Shown in pieces: positions 13,412 through 26,436 of a DNA stretch of 64,000 bases. The position numbers and the translations under genes were made by a program. Positions within the stretch are counted from its first letter, which is position 1, and the number at the start of each line of letters is the position of its first letter. The stretch is taken from positions 21,328,001-21,392,000 of the forward strand of contig JBITNC010000002.1 of the NCBI GenBank assembly GCA_050084985.1. The letters are read 5' to 3'. The notes under the pieces were generated by a model. It saw only the letters and a program-made list of their open reading frames with translations, was not told the origin of the DNA and did no database searches. Source of the stretch: Nageia nagi (Eukaryota > Plantae > Pinophyta).

Positions 13412-15501
13412 TATTATTTTTACAAAATAACACTCTAAGTGCTAATATTCTTTCATTCATTTTTCCCCATAAATAAAACTCTTTCTATATTTCCCATTTC
13501 TTATTTCCCTTTCTTTCAATTGTAAATACTTGTGCAAAATTTATTCCTGTGTCTACATTATATATATGTAATCTTTGTCTCAAGAGTCTTTATATATGCA
13601 CTTAACTAGGGCTTGGTTTTATTTAAGGTATTTCTAAATTATGTTTATATTATTGGATCATAGTAGGTAATTTCGGGATGTATTCATATTACCAAGTCAT
13701 AGTCACCCCCCATTTTGTTATAAGGTGGGTGTTGTTTGTACATAGTTGTCCAAGTGAAGTTGTATAAAGTAATTCCAAGAAATATTGTATACAGTGTATG
13801 TTTTTCTAATTCATTCTTGAGAAGTATTATATAGATTCATGTCCAACATTTTTCAAGGTCTAGTTCAGGTATTATTATACATAGTCTATTCATCTAGGCC
13901 CTATCTTGAGTCTACTTATTTATGTTTAAGTTTATATAGTATAATACTTATTATTTTCAAGCCCTATTGTACATAATAGATAGGTTAAGTCAATTACAAT
14001 ACCTATTACAAGTATAATTACTTAATTTTTTATCTAGAAAAGTTTAGGAGTTAATTTTTGGTCCTTATTGTACATAGTTGTTAGTTAAGTCATGTAAAAG
14101 GTTTTATCCTAAGAGTCAAGTCAATTAGGGCTCATGAAAATCCAATAGTGACAGTATACTTATTTATGGAAATTAGTGGGCTATATATAGCTAACTCAAT
14201 AATATATCTTGATAGTTCATCACGATAGGCGATATTCATAATTCCATATTCAACAAACCTCACTAGTATTGAGTGATGACATCACAATTTTTGGGAAAAA
14301 TTAGTGGGCATTAGATAGGATTCATGGTGGGAGATGTTAATAATTTCATATTTAATAAAACCTAACAATTTTGAGTGATTATTTTATACTTTTTTGTATA
14401 AATAGATAGGTGATAAGCACCTCATGTTTTGACAATACCCATCAATGTTCAACAAGACAAACTGAGGTGTAACAAGATTTGCCAGGAGTGAGTAAAGACT
14501 ATAAGATTATGTGAACACTTGAATCCACTTAATCAAGAAGATATGACCCTTGGTAATATATCCACATGTTTATTGTGACTCATTTCCACATGGAAGTAGT
14601 AGTTCAGTTAGGTTTGAAAGGTTACATCTTCCTTCACCCTTACCGTATTCAACACTAGAATTGATGATATATACATTTAATGGTTGTAGAGAATTAGGTG
14701 GCCATTGAATACATAGATAGCCTAATTGTACATACAAAGATGGTGGACCATACCTCATAAATGTAAAAGCAATTATAGATGAATCATGGTCAAAGACATA
14801 ATTGATCAATTATGATTGGATAGGTATGAGATTAAAGATCTACAAACTTTGAGAATCAATGCTGCATATGGACCATGCTTCTTAATTATTTGTAGTTGAA
14901 CAATATTTTATAAATACTATAAATATTTAATTGTATTTATATTTTAAGGTATTTTTAATCATTAATGGTGTACAACCACTCATTTTATAAATGTAACATT
15001 ATAAATAGTGGACTCTTTGATCCAAATAGTCAAATATTTTAGCAAAGTTGCCAAGTGTAAGCACTATTTTAATGTATGTATTTGTCATAAGCTTTATGTA
15101 TTTTCCTTTTCTATTATGTTGTTATTTTTCAATTGTTGTATGAAGCTTTTTATTCTAAGTTTTGATTTGTATGCAATGTGAGATCCCAAGAGTGAGGTAT
15201 TGATCTATTCTTATTTTGGTATTGATTACTCCTATGCAATATACACTATCTAATTCCTTTTTATTAGTAGTTTAGGTTTTATCTCCTTCATATAACTCTT
15301 GACCTCTTTTTATTTTTCCTATTACCTTACCCTTTTTTATCTCTTTCCTACTACTTTCAACCTCTTTCATAGATAGGAACCAACCTATAACCTAGAGATT
15401 TAGCAGAGGACCCCATGAGCATACTATCCCATCACCTTATTCTCAATCAAAAACCCTATTATTATCACCAAAATCTTATCATTTCATTTTCCTAATCAAT
15501 A
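13412..15501 (+). mobile_element. Old ~2.1 kb solo LTR inserted in the Ogre RT; distant relative of the 22543-23959 LTR
   Basis: Perfect TSD GAACC (13407-13411 and 15502-15506), and the RT motif LGF|GFIMS rejoins across it. Termini TAT...ATA are decayed TG..CA. 15330-15400 (TTTTATCTCTTTCCTACTAC..GATAGGAACC) resembles 6790-6850. Confidence 0.8.
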
Positions 15502-16330
15502 GAACCCTAAGTGATTTCTTTATGTGACATCAAAAACACATTTCTTGGGATTCAATCTAATATTGTGTTTGATCAATCTCTCAAATACTTTCTGTAACAC
15601 TTCCTAATGTTGATCTTTGGTTCTATACTTAGCCAAAAAATCATCTACATAGTCCTATAAAATATTGTGCATCATTTCATGAAACACATAAGCCATAGTA
15701 TCTTGATATACAACATTAATATTCTTTAGTCCAAATCACATGATGTCATAATAGAAAGTCCCCCATGGTGTAGTATATGCAATCTTGTATTCATCCTGAG
15801 GAACAAACTAAATATGATTATAACTTGAGAAACCTCCATAAGAGATAAAATCTTGTATCCTATCATGTTATCAACCAAGGTGTCAATGTTGGGTAAAGGA
15901 AAATCATCCTTAGGATATGTTGTATTGAGATCCCTAAAGTTTATGCATACATTAATATGACCCTCATGCTTTCCAACAAGAACCATGTTAGACACCCATT
16001 ATGGGTAATATATAAGAAAAATTAATTTGGAATCTAAGAGCTTTTGAATATCATATTTGATCTTAAGTGAATGAGATGGGTTTACCTTTTTGGGCTTCTT
16101 CTTAATTGGCTTAGCATTTGGATGATTGATAATATTATAGACTATAATGTTGAGATCCATTCCAAGAATATCTTGATACCCAAAGGCAAAGATCTTGTCA
16201 CACCTCTTAAGTATTTTTATGACTTTATATCTTTCTAAATCATCTAAAACATCCCCCAAGTAGACTATCTTTGGATTAGTGGAGTGCTATTTGATATCTA
16301 TCTCAACCAACTTGCACAATTACCTATGAT
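15502..16330 (-). pseudogene. Ogre reverse transcriptase
   Basis: ORFs 15726-15995 and 15999-16259 give VCINFRDLN..YPKDDFPLPNIDTLVDN and IFAFGYQDILGMD. YVDDF at ~15640 and LNPKKCVF. Confidence 0.93.
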
Positions 16331-16764
16331 ACCCTTCCTCTAGCTATTTGAAAATGAGAAGGTATGTGTAATCATCCTTGTCCAAACTATTGATGAAGGA
16401 AGTTGGAATTGATGAATCAAATTCATCAAGGAATCATAAGGAAAATATGCATCACTCAAGATAAAACAAGGATGTAATAAATGAGAAGAGAAATCTAAGG
16501 ATAAAAGATTGATAGAATTTTGTGAGTTATAATCCATGAGAGGGATAGAGAATGATGAACCATCAAGAAAATATAGAGAAACATCAAAGGTAAGGTCACA
16601 TGAAAGTTCATAGAAGAAATCATTCAGGATGGAACACTCAGAGACATTAATACTAGCTGGATAAAAACATAGTTTGATATCATGCTTTTGATTATGTTGC
16701 ACCTTCCCTAGAAGATTAATATGTGCAAATTATTCTTTTATAATTTTAATATTAGGTCCATGAG

Positions 16765-16890
16765 ACCCTAGATTGCATTTATCTCATTCATATTGGAAAG
16801 GAACCATAAAATCATGATCTTGTCCCTACTTGAATTTGCTTAGGCCATATCCCTACCATTTCTATTTAGCAAAGAGGTTACACACTACGT
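16765..16890 (-). pseudogene. G-patch domain remnant between protease and RT
   Basis: LFAK*KW*GYGLSKFK*GQ......DKCNLGS matches the G-patch pattern (MxKMGW..GxGLGK..QG...GLG). Confidence 0.65.
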
Positions 16891-17584
16891 CAAGATATGA
16901 TAAGTATTCAATTTTAGCATAAAATTTCTCCTTAATACAATGTTAATGGGAATGTCCTAGGGTAATTCTATACCTATGTAAATAAAGAAAGATTGGTTAA
17001 CAAAATAGCTTATGCAATGATAGAGTCGAGAGCAAGTGGGGATTATTGAGGTCTTCCCAAGTATCTTATAGAAGGAATATTAAAAAGAACATTATTTATA
17101 CAATATTCCCCCTTTTTGAGATATTCATACTTAATGATATTTAATGATGGTGAAATTAAAAATATTGATAAGCTATTGATCAGGATGATTGGGACCAACC
17201 TAAGAGGAAGAGGGTTCATATTCCTAAAGTGGATCATATGTAAGACATGATGAATATGATTGGAACTAATTGGGAGTAGGAACTTGATGATATAATGCTT
17301 GGTCATTCCCATGTATGGGCATGTATGAGGCTTGATGGCTAGAAGAAGAATGCATTGAGTCCTCATGAGATTTACCACTATGATGTACAAACGGATCTAC
17401 ATCGAATGGAGATGATGATGATGGTTGCAAAGAAGAAGATGATTGAACTATCATAAAATTTAAAGATGGGGGTTATTGACTTCTATATATGAGGATAATC
17501 ATTTACAATAATAGTGAATGGAAAAATATTCCCACATGACATCTAAGGTCACTCATGAGTGAAAGTGAAGTTGTAGTGATTAAA

Positions 17585-19560
17585 GAGCTTTGGATCACCT
17601 ATAATATAATACATCATTTTGTTATGTAAGTATTTCAAACATATTTTTAAAGTAGATAGAACTAATTCCATATATTTAATTAATGGTTGACATAAGAGCA
17701 AGTTATATTGCATATCACCCTTGACCACATTATCATTAATTATTATTTATCTTACTCCAACCGTGATTGGAAGAATTATTATGCCCATATTTTTTTCCAA
17801 GGTGTTATTAAATGCCCTAATAGTTTGAGTGGGAGCATAAGAAAATATAATAAGAATATTAAGTCTCTCAAGTGCTACAAAATATATAACATTGATCATT
17901 GATACATTATTTACAAGCACTCTTTCGATGGATAATAATTCACATAAGCTACAATATATAAGGCAAGATGATTTGGCTTATCAAATGTGGAATGTTGAAT
18001 ATCATCCTTATAAAAGGCAATCCCTTATCTATAGCTATAAAATCTCCAAAATAATTTGGATTTTCATCATCTAACTCAATTTTATTTAGGATGTTGTTCA
18101 AATCATTCTTATATTTGGGAGATTATTGAAATAATCCCCTTAGGTAAATATTTATATATGTGGACCTAATTTGTTTCTCCAATTGAGTTTGCATAGTCAC
18201 TAGAATCCTTGGAGGCTATGTCTAAATATGAACTTTAGTCTAAGGAAAAGTTTTTTGAATTTGTGCCTCCTTAGGAGGAGGAGAGGGTTCATGATCCTAA
18301 ACTCTACATGTTCTTGTTTTCATATTCACCATGTTGATTTCATGAACCTCTACTATCTGATATGTTGGGGGTAGTTCTATGAATTCCATAAACTCGTAGT
18401 CTAGGGTGATAACAATGCATCCTATAAAGGGAAAATTTGACTCTATATCATTGAAACCCATAAAATCATTGGACTACCTAAGGGTTTAGTCATGATTAAC
18501 CTATTTTGTTACCTTTGATAATATATGGTTGGTGTTGTTACTATGCCTAGGTAATGGATCCTAGAAAATTCCTAAGTTTTTATTGGGTTGGGCTACTAGT
18601 TTCTGCATAGATACATATCCATTATTTATAAACCTCTATATATCATTTGTTAATTAATTAATTTATTTTTTTCATGTCCTTTTTACTGATGATAAATGCA
18701 ATACTTGTTATCTTTGTTCTAAGTTGGGTTTTCCCAATTTGGATCTTCTAGTTTAATTTCAAGGAGATGGACCAATTGTGCCTCTAAGAGTTTCTTCAAA
18801 ACATCCTCAATATCATCATCCAAAGGATTCTAAGGATTATTTATCCCTTACTATCAAGATTTCCTAGGCCTATAATTATCTTATTGATTACCCTAATCAG
18901 TATTTTACCTAGACCTTTCCTATTCCTAGGGTTGTAAAGGTGGATTGGCCCTATGATACCATGGCAAGGCTAATTGAACCATTGGTTGTGTTTGTTGAAC
19001 ATCATGTGATACCTATATTATTATACTCCTTTTTCCTTAGTTTTATCTCCCTATCCTAGACATTAGCCTCTTCTATTAACTTAACCTAAGATAGAGCATT
19101 CTCAAAGGTGCGATGTTGTTGAATCCTAAGAATAGGAGAAATTGGGATATTAAAACTCCTAGAAAATAACTTAACCAACTCATCTTGAGGGAGTGTGTAA
19201 GACATATATATAACTACAATCCTCTATGTACACAAATAATATGACATTGATTCATTGTAAAACTATGATAAATATCCAAGATCTCTGATAGATACCCTCT
19301 TGCAAATATTTATGGTAAAGTGATTAAGGAATTTATTGGCCAACTACTTAAACAAATAGGTTTTATGTTGTGTGAGGTTGTTATACTAATTTAATGCTTT
19401 CCCAATAAGCATCATTAAAAAATTCCTAAGCATAAGCACATCATTGCTACTAATGATATAGCAAGAGCACTTGAACTATCTAAGATACTCTCTAGGGTAT
19501 TCCTTTCCTCTAAACTTATCTTATATTCATTTGGATGATTATAAGCCATTTGGATTACCA
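17585..19560 (-). pseudogene. Ogre gag and aspartic protease
   Basis: Protease ERVLVNNVSMINV...TIRAFNN...YNLLLCQPLI (decayed VLVDNGS / LLGRPWI) at 17600-17940. Retrotrans_gag-like GKALN*YNNL...LANKFLNHF...Q..NESMSYY at 19100-19450. Confidence 0.8.
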
Positions 19561-20059
19561 AAATGCACTTAAAGATAAAATTTAAAAACCAAAAATAAAT
19601 GCTGAAATTAAAAATCATGTGATAAGGGTGAAGATGTGTCTTATGAAAAGGACACCCAGTGTTATAAACCAAAACAAATAGAGGCTATTTTCACTAATAC
19701 AAGTTTGCAACTAAGTGCAAAATAAGTTGAAAAGAAAACCTTCAAAATAATGCAGATGGAATCATTCTAATTTGGGATGACTAAAGGATTGCCTAAGAAA
19801 TCGATAGGTCATCCTACAAGAGAGAAATTTACAATCAAGGTCAATTTGTAGTTGAAAAATTTGATTTATACTTAAAATAGGCCTTTAAGGATTTTAGATT
19901 AGGTTCTAACCCAGCCTAGTAGGTTATCCTATAAATTTTAGTGAAAATAAATCATAGGAACTCTCCAAAATGATGGAAACATACACAATTTAAAGTTCAC
20001 AAAAATAAGGTAGAAAGGCTTAAAACATTCTCTTTTTCTTGTGATCCTAGGACTAGTAG

Positions 20060-20078
20060 GATCCCACCATGATTGCCA
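20060..20078 (-). promoter_or_regulatory. Primer-binding site, tRNA-Arg-like
   Basis: Minus strand reads TGGCAATCATGGTGGGATC directly after the LTR. This resembles the complement of a plant tRNA-Arg 3' end with C>T/G>A decay; Arg PBS is typical of Ogre. Confidence 0.65.
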
Positions 20079-20080
20079 TT

Positions 20081-21243
20081 TTTAAATACTTCAAAACCCT
20101 TGTACCTTAACCACTATAAACACCTATGAATGATTTTAAGGATCTTGATACATTTGCATCTAGTTTTCCTATATGAGTTGTGATAAATTTACAAAGATAA
20201 GGTTTATAATATGTCCTTTAAAGTTCAATACTGTAAGAAGCTATCATGACCTTAAAGGAAATAGAAAATGTTATAGGAGGCTTCAAATCACAAATATTTG
20301 GGACCATGTGACCATTTAAGTGGGGTGAAACCCCAACTCTACAAGATTGTAAGCCTCCTTTATCCTTAATCAAAAGGATACTAGAAATAAATTATATACC
20401 TATTGTCCAAGTATTATACTCAAGCATGGACTATAGACAAATCCTAGGTGAGCAAACTTGGTAATGATATGTGACAATAATGATAATATATGATAAAGAA
20501 TATTCAAGATCTAAGTATGTGTAAATCATTTCCAAAGTGATAAGATGATGCAAACAATAAGGAATACAAGACTAATAAAGATAGGTCTAAGGCCACAAAG
20601 ACTAATTAAACAACAAACAAGCCTCAAACCTTAAGTTTTATATGTTAAATGTCAAACCCTCAATTGAAACCCATGGTATGAAATCTATCCTAGTTATGCC
20701 TATATTATAAATGAATGATAAATACACAATATATTATAGAAAATAAGTATTCAATATAGATTTATTTAATATCTAAACTTGAAATAACTTATGAAATAAA
20801 ATATCAATATCATAAGCTATTTAATCAATCAAAAGATACCTCAATCAATAAAGTATGAAGAAGTAATCCTAATGCATAAATATGGGGTCTCAAAGCTTGA
20901 TGTACCCTTGAAGATGATGTCACAAACTCAAAATTATGTGTAGATAAGTATAGTAATTGTAGAGATCATAAAAAGTGTGTCTAACCTTGAAAAATGATCC
21001 TTAATTACCTTTTATAAACATCAAAGAGGATATTCCAAATGATTGGTTGACCTATAGGATCATCCAAATGATTAACCAATCATTCAAATGATTGGAACCA
21101 AAGTGTTAGAAATGAAAAAAAGGACATTGATTGAACCTATCAAGAACATTTCATAACATGTTATATAAACATGATAGTATGTATATCATAGATATTAGTA
21201 AAACACCACTAGCAAGGTAAAATACAATTTTAGGGTATTTACA
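20081..21243 (-). repeat. 5' LTR of the Ogre/Tat element
   Basis: Homologous to 1244-2394 and ends TAGGGTATTTACA. Its left terminus is decayed (TTTAAATA). Confidence 0.9.
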
Positions 21244-21689
21244 CCATCCATTAAGGAATTAGCTTCAAACGTATTAGATATATTGGAGGAAGAATCTATA
21301 TTGCAAAAGAAACTCTAAACCACATGAAGGGGACAATAAGAAATCTTATCAGTTGGGTTGAGAGGATAGATACCCAAAAAGGCCAAATGGGATTATAAAG
21401 ATAAGGTGGGGGAATTATTTCCTCATTTGATTAGGTACTAAATGCTTATGGGACCAAATGCCTACCCATTGAAGAGGTATAAACCAAAGATTGAATTGTG
21501 AGTGTGGATTTTACTAGAAATCCTCATGATCAAATTTGACCTTATTTGATGTATATTTGGTGTAATTTTATATTTTCTAGCTTTGTTGCAAGTTTTCATG
21601 TGTTATAAGGGTGTTTGGTGCTCTTTTTCAAGATCTAAGACTCTATTTCTAATGTCACATATTTTCATAATATAATAAATGCATTATCA
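21244..21689 (+). mobile_element. 3' remainder of the same gypsy element (integrase C-terminus, PPT, short probable 3' LTR ~21480-21689)
   Basis: Reading resumes across the CCATT/CCATC TSD (..QVL|PSIKELAS..ILQKK..VGLRG..PKKAKW..FPHL). Purine tract GAAGAGG at 21471 and an ATCA end at 21689. LTR limits are tentative. Confidence 0.6.
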
Positions 21690-21704
21690 TTTTCCAATAT
21701 ATTT

Positions 21705-22140
21705 ATCACTAATATCATCATATTTACAGTATGCAATTTAGTATTGAAGTGTTTATTAGGGTTATCATCTCTTATATTAACATCATCATCTTCGTACTGT
21801 GGCATTCAATCTTAAACTGTTTATCAGGGTGTGGCATCTCTTGTATTGATGTCATCATCTATGTGGAATGGCATTTAGTGTTAAATTATTTTTAAGGTGT
21901 GGCATCTCTTGTGTTGACATCATATTTTTGGTATGATGTTCATCATTGAAGTTTTTATTAGAATGTGACATTTCTTATGCTAACATCATCATCTTCATGA
22001 GATGATATTTAGTGGTTTAAGCTTATCAAGGTGTGGAATAGATATTGCTAACATCATAAGATTTGTAGTACGATATTTAGTGGTTAAGGCTTGCTAGAGT
22101 GCAGCATATTAAATGTTGATATCACCAATTCATAATGTAG
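21705..22140. repeat. Degenerate ~60-70 bp minisatellite, about 7 units
   Basis: Repeating GGTGTGGCATCTCTTGT(A/G)TTGA(C/T)(A/G)TCATCATCT..G(A/G)(C/T)ATTTAGTG core. Confidence 0.8.
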
Positions 22141-22498
22141 TATCATTTTTATTGACTTAGTTTTGCAAATCATGACATGATAATATGATTAAAGGACCAG
22201 CTTTAGTTTTAACGATATGACTATTATTGATATTCATCTAGAATCATTTTAGTGACCTAACATAGGCCAAAGGGAGAGTTGAAGAGGTTAGAGAAGTGGA
22301 AATGTTTGGGGAGGAAGTTGAAATGATGAAGGGAAATATAGGGGGTATCCATTTTAATTATTAAAAAATTTAAATGTAATTCTATCCCACTATACTAAAC
22401 CTTAAAATTTTAGACCTATTTTTTTTATAAATAAATCCTATGTGAGGTTCATTATCCATGAAACCTATATCCTAAATTATTGATACACTTTAATTCCT

Positions 22499-22500
22499 TA

Positions 22501-22534
<34 letters not shown>

Positions 22535-22542
22535 TATATATA
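22499..22542. repeat. (AT)n microsatellite
   Basis: About 21 AT units with one interruption. Confidence 0.95.
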
Positions 22543-23959
22543 TGTTGATTGAGATTGTGTAATATGTGCGCCTGGAACAATCTTAACCAAAGTAGTTCAC
22601 GAACAGACTGTAGGACGCAGCCTGATCTCCGGAGAAGGCCGGTTCCTTATCCATTGGGTAGAGAAAAAGTAACAGGAAAGAGATAAAAAGAGTAGGGAGC
22701 GAGAGATTCAAGCAAAAGGATAGGGTAACAAGAAAGGAAGTAAAAGGATAGGGTAACGAGAGAGAAAGCAAAGGGGTAGATCACTAGTTCAGCGCGGGCT
22801 TTCGCAGTGTGCAAAACCTTGGCCTAAATCTAGTGTCGCAGCCACAGAACAAGTTCTCACTCTCTGAATAGCTCCCCAGCTTCTACTCTACCATGTAGCA
22901 GACACAGTTATACTAGCAACCCGCAACTATTACTCAGGAAACAAGCTAAGCTGCCACAATGTAACCAAATTAAGAATAACAATTACGAGTGCTAGACAAG
23001 AAAGGTCAAGATGGTTTCATAGTACCGGACTGAAGCTACAGGTCTTCGAGAACAAATGAAAAGGGCAATACTAGGCTTCCGACCCTAGTTTCTCTTTATT
23101 TTCATATATTTATACTGTGTTAATAACAGTTACAAAATTACAGAATAGAAACGTTTACAAAACGGCCGCAAGATTCTGGCCTTCTTGAACTGATATCACC
23201 TACATATGACACTTGGCCGGTTGTTACAAAATTGGGCAGATCGCCGACGATTCGGTTCCCTGATGATTGTGCTCAGGCATCTTGCAGACTTACTCTCTTT
23301 CAGGATTTCTTAATTCTATGGCTCAGGCTCTTCAATCTTTCTTTGCGGGCCTATTTTCCTCCGGGACTCAGTTTCATTCACCAATATTGATCTTGTTTCT
23401 TTCCCCTTCGCCTGACGTCAGCCTTGAATCTCCGGACTTCTTCATTCACTGGCTCCGGACACTAAATTGCTCCTTGATGATGTCATCCATTCCGGGCTCC
23501 GGTTTGATTTATGAATGTCAACTTTATATCTTCTTGTGACGTCATTTCCGGACTTCCGAAACGCTTCGCCTGTGACGTCATCTTTCTTTCCTCCGGAATG
23601 TTTTCCTTTATGGCTCCGGATACTAAGTCGCTACCTGCTGACGTCATCTCCTCCGGACTCCGGTTCCATTCAAAATGTGAACATTGTTTCCCCGTGACGT
23701 CATTATTTCATTTCTCCGGAATGCTTTGTTTCCCGGAGAACTTATGCTGACTTTATCTTTTCCGGAACTTGGTTTTCACCCCAAAAAATAATCATCTTAT
23801 CCTCCGCACGTCTCCACTTTATTCCGGAAAACTTTACTCTGACTCCGGGCTGCTTTATCTGCTCCGGAAAAAACTCCCGGAGATCTTCGAATGAATCCGT
23901 AGGGGCAGGTAGAGTACACCGTGGCTTTACTTCAAGGATTTATTATGGAGGAATCTACA
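22543..23959 (-). mobile_element. Young CpG-rich solo LTR (1417 bp) inserted in an AT tract
   Basis: TGTTGATT...AATCTACA termini flanked by ATATA/ATATA. Absent from the sister LTR (~33285-33300). Abundant intact CpG, and a TATA-like box on the minus strand at ~23107-23114. Confidence 0.9.
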
Positions 23960-25704
23960 ATATATATATCACCATCCCCAATAAATTACAAGGGCATGAT
24001 CAACACACAAGCCCACTTCTCTCGCATGCGATTCCCCATGATGATTGTGCACTAGTTTTACTTGAATAGTATTTCTTTTCACTCTAATTTACTCCTTTGT
24101 TTCAAACTACACCACTTCGGATTTAAAAGTAATTTTCAATCTATAATATTTGGCTAGGTTTGATAGCTCATTAATTCTCTTACTTACCCAATCCATTAAT
24201 CCCATGATTACTATTGGATCCCATGTTACCTAAATTTATTTATTTATTCCTTATATATTACTTGTAATCTTTTCGACCTGATTGTCTTCTATAAAGGATT
24301 TAACTAAGTTTTCTTTTCCATTTCAACATCTTAGGTACATCTTCAAACCTTATTCTTAACCTAAGTCTTTTATTATCCCTTAATTCTTAGTTTGAAATAT
24401 AAACTTACCATTAGATTTGATCACTTAAACCTTAACATGTTTTTTGAGTGTGAGCTATGTACCACAACATCTTTGTTACTTTAAAAATTAAATAATTAAT
24501 ACTTTTGTTACTTTTCATACTAAGGATGTCTATATATTTGAACATAATCTCATTATTTAAAGGGTCTATTCAATCCTTAAATATTCTTCAAGACAATTTT
24601 CCTTTACCATCAAACTATCCATATAACAACATTGAGTAGATTAGGATTCTTGCATTATACTTTTATGCAAAAATATAAATATTGGATGGAATAAATCATA
24701 TTTAGTATAAATTTTCATGGACATATTGGATACTTTCCTTGGTACCCTTTTGGTACTTAATTACATTTAATTCTCTTATGCCCTAACTTACATCATGAAA
24801 GTATCAAAATTATGAGATTAATAGTAATCTATAATTTATTTCATAACATTACATATGACATATTAATTGTGTAGTTTACATCCAAGAAGCACTATTACAT
24901 GGGAAGTATTTGTTTCATCTTCATTCAATGTATCTTCATGCCATCCTCTTTTTTTTGGATCATCCCAAGGTTCCAAGAGTGGTTGGTCATAAGTACTAAG
25001 AAAGGTTTTCGATAAATTGCATCCTACCCTAAATGCATCATGTCTCATCCATGCATTCCTTTTCTTCCAATCAATTTCATACCATAATCAACTAATTTAT
25101 ACTTATTTTGTGATATCAAGAGGTTTTACACTTTTTCTAAAGCTACCTCCTTTCCTTGATCATAGAGCAAGATTTTACCATTCATAATGTTATACCTCAA
25201 GTGCAAGACCAATTCAAAGAAATATGACTATCGATGAACCATTACCTAAATAAGTTCAATAAAATTCTCACAATTATTTCATTTATATATGCCTTATAAA
25301 TATTTATTAATATTTTCCTAACTTAAAAATAACTATCATTTTACCATTTTCTTGACAATTTTACAACCATCCATTATAAATAATTATATCAAAAAAATAA
25401 TATCCTTAACTAAAAAAGAAAATCATATATTACATTAATTCATGTTTTGTGTTACCTTTCTCCATAATATAAAGGTCATAAATTCATTTTTATTTACAAA
25501 ATAATAAAATGACCATTGTTTAGTTCTCTAATAATTGTAAAGCTATAAAGCTCTATTAAATCATAATAGGTGTAATTTTTATAGAGTCTTATTTCCACAA
25601 CGAAGTAGCATTTGAATACCTTGAACTCATTTTTCCCTCCTATTTTCAAACCTTAGATGAATCACCTTAGTAGGTTAGAGGAATTCAAGCATGTATCATA
25701 TCAT

Positions 25705-26410
25705 TACACATGGACTGCAATGCATTGCAAGATATGCACAAAATGGATACATTGGAAGGGCCTCTGAACTGTTTGATAAAATACCTCATCAAAATGAAGT
25801 CTCATGGATTACAATGATCATAGGATAGTTACATTGGAAGGGCCTATGCACTATATGATAAAATACCTCATCAAAATGTAGTCTCATGGACCATAATGAA
25901 CATAAGATATGCATGAAATGGTTACGTTGGAAAGGCATATGAATTATTTGATAAAATACCTCATCAAAATGTAGTCTCATGGACCAAAATGATCTCATCA
26001 TATGCACAAAATGGATACATTGGAAGGGCCTATGAATTATTTGATAAAATGCCTCATCAAAATTCAGTCTCATGGACCACAATGGTTGCATGAAATGCAC
26101 AACATGGGTTTTTTGAGAAGGCTCTATAGAGTTTTATGCAGATGTAATTGTTATAAATAGAGCCAAACTCTACAATCCTTTGCCAACATTATTCCAACAT
26201 GTGCCACAATGGGAGCTCCAAGAAAAAGGTATGAACATCCATCAAAGAGTACATAAAAATAGTTTTTCATCAAATGTTGTGGTTATGAATGCCTTGACAT
26301 ACATTTATGTAATATTTGGAGGAATACAGAAGGTCCAAGAATTATTTGATAAGATGGATGATGGAGACATAGTTTCATATACTGTAAAGATTTTAGGATA
26401 TGCATCGACC
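25705..26410 (+). pseudogene. PLS-class pentatricopeptide repeat (PPR) gene fragment inside the LTR
   Basis: Four ~93 bp (31 aa) S-type motifs (YAQNGYIGRASELFDKIPHQNxVSW), then GFFEKAL..F.QM...EPNS..FANII, GMNIHQRV...SNVVVMNALT.IY...IQKVQELFDKMDDGDIVSYT..ILGYA. Frameshifted, no start codon, no E/DYW domain. Confidence 0.93.
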
Positions 26411-26412
26411 AT

Positions 26413-26436
26413 AATATATATATATATATATATATA
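26413..26436. repeat. (AT)n microsatellite at the end of the PPR fragment
   Basis: About 11 units; not expanded in the sister LTR (~40881). Confidence 0.9.

Larger units (their letters stand above)
1244..21243 (-). mobile_element. Full-length degenerate Ogre/Tat-lineage Ty3/gypsy LTR retrotransposon (~20 kb including two nested insertions)
   Basis: Two homologous ~1.15 kb LTRs (1244-2394, ~20081-21243) with TSD CCATT/CCATC. tRNA-Arg-like PBS next to the right LTR and PPT next to the left LTR. Domain order gag-PR-G-patch-RT-RH-aRH-INT on the minus strand. Confidence 0.93.

Noticed and set aside
21705-22140. CRISPR-like array (also considered for 43640-44170 and 25707-26100)
   Set aside because: Units are degenerate along their whole length with no unique spacers, there are no cas genes, and the context is eukaryotic.
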